A stretch of 27,030 nt of DNA. Source: Macrostomum lignano (Eukaryota). This document shows positions 11,496 through 20,455 of the stretch, piece after piece. The stretch's first letter is position 1. Every line of letters starts with the position of its first letter. The notes under the pieces were generated by a model. That model was given only the letters and a program-made list of their open reading frames with translations. It was not told the DNA's origin and searched no databases. The DNA lies in the NCBI GenBank assembly GCA_002269645.1, contig NIVC01005072.1, positions 1-27,030 of the forward strand, in the 5' to 3' direction. The translations under genes were made by a program, and so were the position numbers.

Positions 11496-12571
11496 AGCAA
11501 TGATCGAGAAAGTACTGATCACTGGCCTACCTGCCTGTGAGCTATGAGAGATTCTCCGCTCTATGACTTTACTGATCCTGCCCGAGAATCTACTGTTTGT
11601 CTGTCTCAGATAGTTGTAGATGGGCCACTCGTAATCCCGCGGGGTTATGACCATAGACTGTAGCTTCTGCTGCTCTCAAGCTAGTGTCTATGGCCCTAAC
11701 CGCGGGCTCTTCGGCATGGAATTGAAGGAATATCATGGGGATTGCTCACCTGAGAAATGTCTGTGGCCCCAAACCACCTCCAACCTCTTGAGACAGTCCA
11801 TCACTGATCAATTACATTGGCTGAGTCTATAAACTAAACTACCAACTATCAACTTTATTGATATTTGCTTGAGCGCCAGGGTTCATTTCAGTATAGAAAT
11901 ATTTGTCCTACAGAAAGAGCAAATGTACATCACGAACAATGTAGAGAGCATTAGTAGCTGGTGTAGAAACAATAGGATCGAAGTGTATAAGCTATACTAG
12001 CAGATTGGTGGATGTCTGCATAACCGAGAGCACGAACTTTGCCAGTCAAGAAAGTTTGCTAGTACATTGATGCCAATAAATTGTTGCTGGGTGGCAAGTT
12101 CGTAGGTTCGTAGACCCGTTGATATCGATCACACTACGAGTCTGAAAGCACTCCTGTTACTGTCAGCATATGTCTAAGGTTTCAACTATCGCTCTGGTGT
12201 ATTCATATCTGAAAATCCATCCTACCGATCTGCATGGTGTATCTTGTCTCCAAGTCTGTATCGCCTCTATTACACTGTATACATCTAAACGCAGCTCTCT
12301 CGGCAAATATTTATTATAAATGCTTTTTTGTTAAAATGGATTAAGAAAAGCGTCTAGAGTTGTAGGATTAGATAGTCATAGCTAGTAGTTTCATTATATG
12401 CACGCACTTTTTCTACTTTTTTTAATCTATAAAAATGTAACTAAATGCCCATGCAGGATAGTTTACAAATGCAACAATTAATCCAAAAATGTTTTACTGC
12501 ATTCCATTTTCATGCACATTAGTTATTTGCATTCGCTAGAGGCGAGGGAATTTAATGGCTATTAGCCTAGA

Positions 12572-12814
12572 GGGGGTTGTAGCTCAGTGGTTTGAGCCGT
12601 CGGACTCACGAGCGAAAGGTCGGGAGTTCGATTCTCGACCCACTCGGAACAATTTGTGTCCTTGAGCAAGACACTTAACTCTGTACATTGCTTCAGTTCA
12701 CCCAGCTGTAAAATGGGTGCCAGCATTAGCTGGGGAAATTGAGGCTGTGTGTGGCGACCCCCCAGTCCTTGGGGCGCGCAATAGCTGCGGCTGAGCTGTC
12801 GGTTGCACATCTGC
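12572..12814 (+). mobile_element. tRNA-derived CORE-SINE copy 2 (intergenic)
   Basis: A-box TAGCTCAGTGG (12580), B-box GAGTTCGATTC, degenerate cloverleaf, then the same CORE domain and 3' body as the 10816 copy. Confidence 0.87.
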
Positions 12815-13668
12815 TCATTAGGGCATATCAGCCCTAATGATATACGAGTACATGTATATCAGCTAGATAGAAAGTTTTCGGAATTTCAAGCACTAAATTG
12901 ACAATATAAAATAAAGCAATCATGCATTTCATTCAAGGTGCACTAACAAATTTGTGTGAGGTAAAAGCACGGCAAAGTTCAAAACATCATTGTTTCCTTT
13001 TTTGCACAGCGCTGAATTCGGTTTCACCAATAGAAATTTTTGTAGAGATTCCGTCCAGAGAAAACACACAAAGTTTGCTTGCCTGTTTCCGGTAGTAATT
13101 CATGTAAAAATAGCTGGATAAAAACTGGCGAGTGCACCTTGAAGGAAACACTTGCATTTGAAGGTGAGATGGGAATTTAGCGCCCTTTTAGTGTTCCATG
13201 GGCCGATGCCCAACAGACAGGATCTGTTGCAAATAATTGCTACTACTAAATTCTCTCGAAGATATGCAAATCGTTTCGTGACGAGCATCAAGCGTGTTAC
13301 CCTGTCCAAAGAGAAAAACTTGCTTTAAATTTTGGCTACATGTATAAAAAGTCAGCTGAATATTTGAACCGACACGGAACGGAAGAAACTCGAAAGGACA
13401 CGTGCAAACGACTTGCAGCTATTGATCAACAGTTTTTGTTAAACTATAGATTTTTTGAGACAAAGAAACTTCTGGCAATAACCTTAACGCGTAACGCGTA
13501 ATTAAAGAAAACAAAAGTTTATTACACCTGTTTTTAATATATTTGTTACTGGATAATAAATATATATTTAATCATTTCGGCTAATTTGCGCATCGCAGAA
13601 TTTGTCATTTAATCTAGATCGACAGACAGATAGACATTTTTTAGGAATTGGGTGCTACAGTCCAGACC

Positions 13669-14098
13669 ACAGATACTAGAATAACTAGATGGCCACTCAG
13701 CACATTTGCGTGCAGCCTACTTGCAGTTCAGTAGTAAGTTAAACAGAAGCATTTTAATGTATTTTTAAAGACAAGGCTTATTTATAAGGTTCTTGACCCC
13801 CCGAGCTTAAACCCTCCAACTCCACAACAGAACCTCTAGCCCTGGCCTGCCCCACCACCCAATTTTTATTGCCTTCCTCGCTTGTTCCAGCCTAAATCTG
13901 CCATGCACATTTCAGTGGCTAGATGTACATTATGACTAAACCAATTAGCAAGCTGTTTACGCCTGCAAGTCATCTCAGCTGCCTTTATTATTATATAATA
14001 GCTTATGTATTCTTTATTGCTACTGAACTGAAAGTAGAAAGCTGTTTTGCTAAGTATTTATGCCTGAGTGGCCCATCTAGTTATTCTAGTGTATCTGT
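13669..14098. mobile_element. Inverted-repeat (MITE-like) element downstream of DPM3
   Basis: Left arm acagatactagaataactagatggccactcag...cagttcagtag (13669-13737) matches the reverse complement of 14018-14098. Confidence 0.65.
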
Positions 14099-14433
14099 GT
14101 AGGCTGACACAAACCACACTCGATTTAAATGCTGAAATTTGAATTCAATATTTAAACAGCGTTGCTTATTTTAACAAAGCAAATGGCGTCAACAGTTAAC
14201 AGATTATCAATATAATGTACTTTGTTCCAATTAAAATCACATATAACTAAAAAAACGGAAACAAACCCACGAGCGTAAATAAAGTGAAAACCGGTTTCCA
14301 ACAAACACCATTAGGTATACACAGAGTATCGATTTTATCTAACAGATAGCTGAAACAGACTATATGCAGCTACTTGCAGTAGGACACAATGCACATTGCC
14401 AGAAAAATTCTGCGCTTTTACTATACATACAAA

Positions 14434-14748
14434 CTAACTAGTTTTCTTATCCCCTTTGGGATCGACAAATTTGAATCCCCGTTTAGCCAAGTCAGCTTTC
14501 GCCTCGTCAATCTCTCTGACCAGTTCCGAGTGCGCCTCTGGACAGTCGTTGAACATCAGCACTCGATACACGATGGTCAGAGCTGAGGCCAGCCCGAACA
14601 GTCCGCCTGCGTACAGCGGCAGCCAGTTAGTCACGTGACGGCCCATGGGGGTCAGCTCTACAGGGATCAGGTCGTGCATCAGAGCCAGCCAAAGGGCGAT
14701 GAAACAGCCGCCACCCAGCAGCCACTGCATCAGTTTGGTTAGGGCCAT
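14434..14748 (-). CDS. DPM3: Dolichol-phosphate mannosyltransferase subunit 3, intronless, 104 aa
   Basis: MALTKLMQWLLGGG...WLPLY...YRVLMFNDCPEAHSELVREIDEAKADLAKRGFKF matches the DPM3 pattern (TKLxQW, two TM segments, YRVxxFxDC, coiled-coil tail). The upstream 32 codons of the listed ORF run into a satellite and are excluded. Confidence 0.95.
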   Translation of the reverse strand: MALTKLMQWLLGGGCFIALWLALMHDLIPVELTPMGRHVTNWLPLYAGGLFGLASALTIVYRVLMFNDCPEAHSELVREIDEAKADLAKRGFKFVDPKGDKKTS

Positions 14749-14810
14749 CGGGGCGTCATGAAGAGATTCACGAATCTGAGTACAAGTGCACTTATACCCA
14801 TTCATTCTAG

Positions 14811-15950
14811 TGTACAGTCCTATTATTCGAGTGTATAGTCCCAATCATTCTAGTGTACAGTCCCTATTATTCTAGTGTACAGTCCTTATTATTCTAGTGT
14901 ACAGTCCTTATTATTCTAGTGTACAGTCCCTATTATTCTAGTGTACAGTTCCTACCATTATAGTGTACAGTCCCTATCACTATTGTGTACAGACCCTATC
15001 ATTCTAGTGTACAGTCCCTACCATTCTAGTGTACTGCAGTCCCTACCATTCTAGTGTACATTCCCTATCATTCTAGTGTACAGTCCCTATTATTCTAGTG
15101 TACAGTCCCTATTATTCTAGTGTACAGTCCCTATTATTCTAGTGTACAGTCCCTATTATTCTAGTGTACAGTCCCTATTATTCTAGTGTACAGTCCCTAC
15201 CATTCTAGTGTACAGTCCCTATCACTCTAGTGTACAGACCCTATCATTCTAGTGTACAGTCCCTATCATTCTAGTGTACAGACCCTATCATTCTAGTGTA
15301 CAGACCATACCATTCTAGTGTACAGACCCTATCGTTCTAGTGTACAGACCATACCATTCTAGTGTACAGACCCTGCCATTCTAGTGTGCAGTCCCTATCA
15401 TTCTAGTGTGCAGCCCCTATCGTTCTAGTGTGCAGTCCCTATCATTCTAGTGTGCAGCCCCTATCGTTCTAGTGTACAGACCATACCATTCTAGTGTACA
15501 GACCCTGCCATTCTAGTGTACAGACCATACCATTCTAGTGTACAGCCCCTATCGTTCTAGTGTACAAACCATACCATTGTAGTGTACAGACCCTGCCATT
15601 CTAGTGTGCAGTCCCTATCATTCTAGTGTGCAGCCCCTATCGTTCTAGTGTACAGACCATACCATTCTAGTGTACAGACCCTATCGTTCTAGTGTATACA
15701 GACCCTATCATTCTATTGTACAGACCCTGCCATTCTAGTGTGCAGTCCCTATCACTCTAGTGTACAGACCCTGCCATTCTAGTGTGCAGTCTCTATCACT
15801 CTAGTGTACAGACCCTGCCATTCTAGTGTGCAGTCCCTATCACTCTAGTGTACAGTCCCTGCCATTCTAGTGTACAGTCCTTATCATTCTAGTGTGCAGT
15901 CCCTATCATTCTAGTGTACAGACCCTGCCATTCTAGAGTACAGACCAATC
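14811..15950 (+). repeat. 22-bp minisatellite, about 52 copies, between RPB9 and DPM3
   Basis: Unit ttctagtgtacagtccctatta with blockwise variants (gaccctgcca, gaccatacca, gtgcag). Confidence 0.97.
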
Positions 15951-16317
15951 AATTTAGATTTGAAGTAAATAAATTACGAACTTAAAAGTTTCGAAATTAC
16001 AAATTGATTATGTTTACAAGGAAAATTTAATTTAGGTTTCAATTAGTAGAACAGATAAGCACATTTAGGGTTATTAACTACAATGAATTCATTGTTTTGT
16101 TGCCAATGAACTCAGAATCGGAGTAATAACAACCGGCAATACAAAAAATGCAAACATTCAAATCAGCTACAATGGCTGCTGTCAGTTCAATAATGAAAAA
16201 ATTTAAGGCAACCCAAAATAACTACCAAAGCACAAGTCCACATAATGGGATCTGCAGATCTCATATAGCCATAAAAATCAAATATGTTATTTCACATGTA
16301 TTAGACCTTCGGACCTT

Positions 16318-17190
16318 CAGATCCCAGTTCACACAGATCCAAGTTCACAGATCCCAGTTCACACAGATCCAAGTTCACAGATTTGAGTTCACAGATCCAA
16401 GTTGACACACAGGAAAATCTCGCAGACCCCAGTTCACACACAGGAAAATCTCGCAGATCCCAGTTCACACACAGGAAAATCCCGCAGATCCCAGTTCACA
16501 CACAGGAAAATCTCGCAGATCCCAGTTCACACACAGGAAAATCTCGCAGATCCCAGTTCACACACACAGGAAAATCCCGCAGATCCCAGTTCACACACAG
16601 GAAAATCCCGCAGATCCCAGTTCACACACAGGAAAATCCCGCAGATCCCAGTTCACACACAGGAAAATCTCGCAGATCCCAGTTCACACACAGGAAAATC
16701 CCGCAGATCCCAGTTCACACACAGGAAAATCCCGCAGATCCCAGTTCACACACAGGAAAATCCCGCAGATCCCAGTTCACACACAGGAAAATCTCGCAGA
16801 CCCCAGTTCACACACAGGAAAATCTCGCAGATCCCAGTTCACACACAGGAAAATCTCGCAGATCCCAGTTCACACACAGGAAAATCTCGCAGATCCCAGT
16901 TCACACACAGGAAAATCCCGCAGATCCCAGTTCACACACAGGAAAATCTCGCAGATCCCAGTTCACACACAGGAAAATCTCGCAGATCCCAGTTCACACA
17001 CAGGAAAATCCCGCAGATCCCAGTTCACACACAGGAAAATCTCGCAGATCCCAGTTCACACACAGGAAAATCTCGCAGATCCCAGTTCACACACAGGAAA
17101 ATCTCGCAGACCCCAGTTCACACACAGGAAAATCTCGCAGATCCCAGTTCACACGTAGGAAATCCCGCAAACCCCAGTTCTCAGCAGTTC
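16318..17190 (+). repeat. 31-bp minisatellite, about 25 copies plus a degenerate lead-in, directly after the RPB9 stop
   Basis: Unit agatcccagttcacacacaggaaaatc(t/c)cgc; 31-aa periodicity in the artefact ORFs. Confidence 0.97.
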
Positions 17191-17464
17191 ACTGAGCAGA
17201 CGTATCAGTCCACTTGTAGGCGCAGCCCTCATTGCGGCACACATAATAGAGCTTCATGCCCTCCTCGGCCCGTTTACTCTGCGACTGGAAGAACACAGCG
17301 TCCTTGTGGTGGCACATGGGACAGGGGTGCTCGTTGGTCCTGGGCAGAGTTGGGTCGTGAATAACGTCGGCCACAATTTGGGTCAGCTCGTCGACGTCGT
17401 GCTCAACTTTGTTGACGTAGACACACGGGTTCAATGCTGGCTGGGAGTAGCCGCAGTTGCGGCA
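17189..17464 (-). CDS. POLR2I: RPB9 exon 2
   Basis: Strong pyrimidine tract and CTGCAG| acceptor; [19 protein letters not shown]...KWTDTSAQ*. Confidence 0.96.
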   Translation of the reverse strand, partial: CRNCGYSQPALNPCVYVNKVEHDVDELTQIVADVIHDPTLPRTNEHPCPMCHHKDAVFFQSQSKRAEEGMKLYYVCRNEGCAYKWTDTSAQ

Positions 17465-19237
17465 CTGCAGTGGGAAGATGGAGAAAGGAGAAATGAGTTA
17501 AAAAAACAGCTGAATACACAAGCAAGCACATGCAGCTTATTACAACTGAACATGTCTCTATGACAGGGTGTCCTCATGGATTTTATGATGGGGACAAAGC
17601 CAAGAATTCTACGACTAATTTCCTATACATTATACATTTTGGCGCCGCAGACAGGCAATCATTGTGGCGCCGCAGGCACTCATTTTGGCGCCACAGGCAC
17701 TCATTTTGGCGCCACAGGCACTCATTTTGGCGCCACAGGCACTCATTTTGGCGCCACAGGCACTCATTTTGGCACTGCAGGCACTCATTTTGACACCACA
17801 GGCACTCATTTTGGCGCCGCAGGCACTCATTTTGGCGCCGCAGGCAGGCACTCATTTTGGCGCCGCAAGCAGGCACTCATTTTGGCGCCGCAGGCAGGCA
17901 CTCATTTTGGCGCCAGAGGCACTCATTTTGGCGCTACAGGCATTCATTTTGGCGCCGCAGGCAGGCACTTATTTTGGCGCCGCAGGCAGGCACTCATTTT
18001 GGCGCCGCAGGCACTCATTTTGGCGCCGCAGGCAGGCACTCATTTTGGCGCCAGAGGCACTCATTTTGGCGCTACAGGCATTCATTTTGGCGCCGCAGGC
18101 AGGCACTTATTTTGGCGCCGCAGGCAGGCACTCATTTTGGCGCCAGAGGCACTCATTTTGGCGCTACAGGCATTCATTTTGGCGCCGCAGGCAGGCACTT
18201 ATTTTGGCGCCGCAGGCAGGCACTTATTTTGGCGCCGCAGGCACTCATTTTGGCGCCGCAGGCAGGCACTTATTTTGGCGCCGCAGGCAGGCACTCATTT
18301 TGGCGCCGCAGGCAGGCACTCATTTTGGCGCCGCAGGCAGGCACTTATTTTGGCGCCGCAGGCAGGCACTCATTTTGGCGCCGCAGGCAGGCACTCATTT
18401 TGGCGCCGCAAGCAGGCACTCATTTTGGCGCCGCAGGCAGGCACTTATTTTGGCGCCGAAGGCAGGCACTCATTTTGGCGCCGCAGGCAGGCACTCATTT
18501 TGGCGCCGAAGGCAGGCACTCATTTTGGCGCCGAAGGCAGGCACTCATTTTAGCGCTAAAGGCAGGCACTCATTTTAGCGCTAAAGGCACTCATTTTGGC
18601 GCCGCAGGCACTCATTGTGGCGCCGCAGGCACTCATTTTGGCGCCACAGGCACTCATTTTGGCGCCGCAGGCACTCATTTTGGCGGCGCAGGCACTCATT
18701 TTGGCGCCGCAGGCAGGCACTTATTTTGGCGGCGCAGGCAGGTACTCATTTTGGCGCCGCAGGCACTCATTTTGGCGCCAGAGGCAGGCACTCATATTAG
18801 CGCTAAAGGCACTAATTTTGGCGCCGCAGACAGGCACTCATTATTATGGTACCTTATAGCGCCGAAGGTGATATATTTGGCGCCCTAATGCAAAATTCTA
18901 TCACGGGCTACAGTGTGGGGCGGGAGGGCAAAGCATTTACTGTCCACCATGTCTCTGCCGCTAACAATGTCCATGCTCCATGGCCTCATCATGTCAACCC
19001 GATAAAGTTTCAGAGCAGTTTAGGTTAAGCTTAAATTGCTACTGTTAGTAGTAGTCGTAACAAATAACTAACCGAATAAACCAACTGCCTATTGGCCTTA
19101 TCCTCCCTGGGATACAGCATATTGTTGCACTCCTGGCAGAACAGAATGCCGACAAATTTCAGACCGCCGGACGCACCGTCGTCGCCCTCCTTGTCCCTGT
19201 TGCTGGACACCGAGGCCGCGTCATCAAAACCGTCCAT
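17189..19237 (-). CDS. POLR2I: RNA polymerase II subunit RPB9; join(19237-19073,17464-17189), 146 aa
   Basis: [20 protein letters not shown] / CRNC / [53 protein letters not shown]; both zinc ribbons intact; phase-0 intron TCG|GTTAGT...CTGCAG|TGC. Confidence 0.97.
17637..18895 (+). repeat. 21/25-bp minisatellite filling most of the RPB9 intron
   Basis: Unit ggcactcattttggcgccgca (21 bp) and a 25-bp variant with an extra ggca; all frames open, producing artefact ORFs. Confidence 0.97.
19073..19237 (-). CDS. POLR2I: RPB9 exon 1
   Basis: ATG at 19237 directly preceded by cactaataAG; 55 codons ending QLVYS, then GTTAGT donor. Confidence 0.95.
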
Positions 19238-19344
19238 CTTATTAGTGCAATGAGACGCATGAACACGATTGTAGAAAGGCGCTATTGATGCTACTGCTGT
19301 AGGATTTAAGTAGTATATATAATATAAGATTTAATAAGGACATT

Positions 19345-19770
19345 TCTCGAAAGCTGATGAGGATTCCTGAATGCTTATGGGAATTCCCGAGTGATGATGG
19401 GGATTGCCCGAATGCTGATGCGGATTCCCCACATGCTGGTGGAGATTCTCGAAAGCTGATGGGGATTCCCAAATGCTTATGGGGATTCCCCAAGTGATGA
19501 TGGGATTCCCGAATGCTTATGGGGATTCCCCAAGTGATGATGGGATTCCCGAATGCTTATGGGGATTCCCCAAGTGATGATGGGATTCCCGAATGCTTAT
19601 GGGGAATACCCAAATGATGAGGAGGATTCCCGAATGCTTATGGGGATTCCCCAAGTGATGATGGGATTCCCGAATGCTTATGAGGATTCCCCAAGTAACG
19701 ATGGGGATTCCCGAACGCTTATGGGGTATCCCCGAGTGATGATGGGATTCCCGAATGCTTATGAGGATTA
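19345..19770 (+). repeat. 40-bp minisatellite (dimer of two GGGATTCCC-containing 20-mers), about 10 copies
   Basis: Unit ggggattccccaagtgatgatgggattcccgaatgcttat, exact at 19481, 19521 and 19561; degenerate flanks. Confidence 0.96.
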
Positions 19771-20455
19771 GACGGTGCTGATCAGGACAATCCCATACTT
19801 TAATTAAAAAAGTTGAACAACGCAACAAAAATACTTGTTGAGGCTGGCTCAAATTAGCGTAGAATAAATAATTACTTATTCATGAATGGCATTGAGCAGA
19901 AAATGTCAAAAATACATTAAATGTAAGTGACCAATTTTGTACGTCAGCCGAAAAAGCATTGAAGTCAGCGCGAAAAAATCCCTATTCAAATTGAACACAC
20001 GGGGAAAATCGATCAAAGCTACAATTAAAAACTTTGACGCCGTCTAAGTTATAAGACAGGCATTAAAAAACTAAAATTGACTCGCATATGCCATGCTTGA
20101 ATTGCACATATGCAGTAGAAATATTACCTCACGTCAAAGTCAAACACACTAGTTGAGTATTAAATTTATCTAACAAAAATAATATGTTGTCAATTTGCTA
20201 GTAATTCCCTATTATGACTACTGCCGTACTAGTGACAATGAGTAGTAAAACGGGGACACGGCTAATGGAGCCTGCTATTAAGGCCAGGGGAGGCTAAGAT
20301 TACGAAGCATACAAAAATAAACAAAAATGCACGCCTATAACTATATATTATAGATTAGATGAAGCAGCTAAAAGTACAATCAGTACTAGCTTGCTAATAT
20401 ATAAACTCATTATCCAGTGTCTTGTCAAGTCCGGCGAGAGAGCCGGCCAGTTCAC

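Noticed and set aside
12573-12646. Possible tRNA gene (A and B boxes, D-arm GCTC/GAGC)
   Set aside because: Acceptor, anticodon and T stems are mismatched and the sequence runs straight into a CORE domain shared with another copy; it is a SINE head.
14749-14844. Longer DPM3 N-terminus from the listed 136-aa ORF
   Set aside because: The ORF start lies in the 22-bp satellite; DPM3 similarity starts at MALTKL (14748).
16383-18888. Long repetitive ORFs of 270-343 aa
   Set aside because: Translations of the 31-bp and 21/25-bp arrays, antisense to the RPB9 3' region and intron; open in several frames at once.
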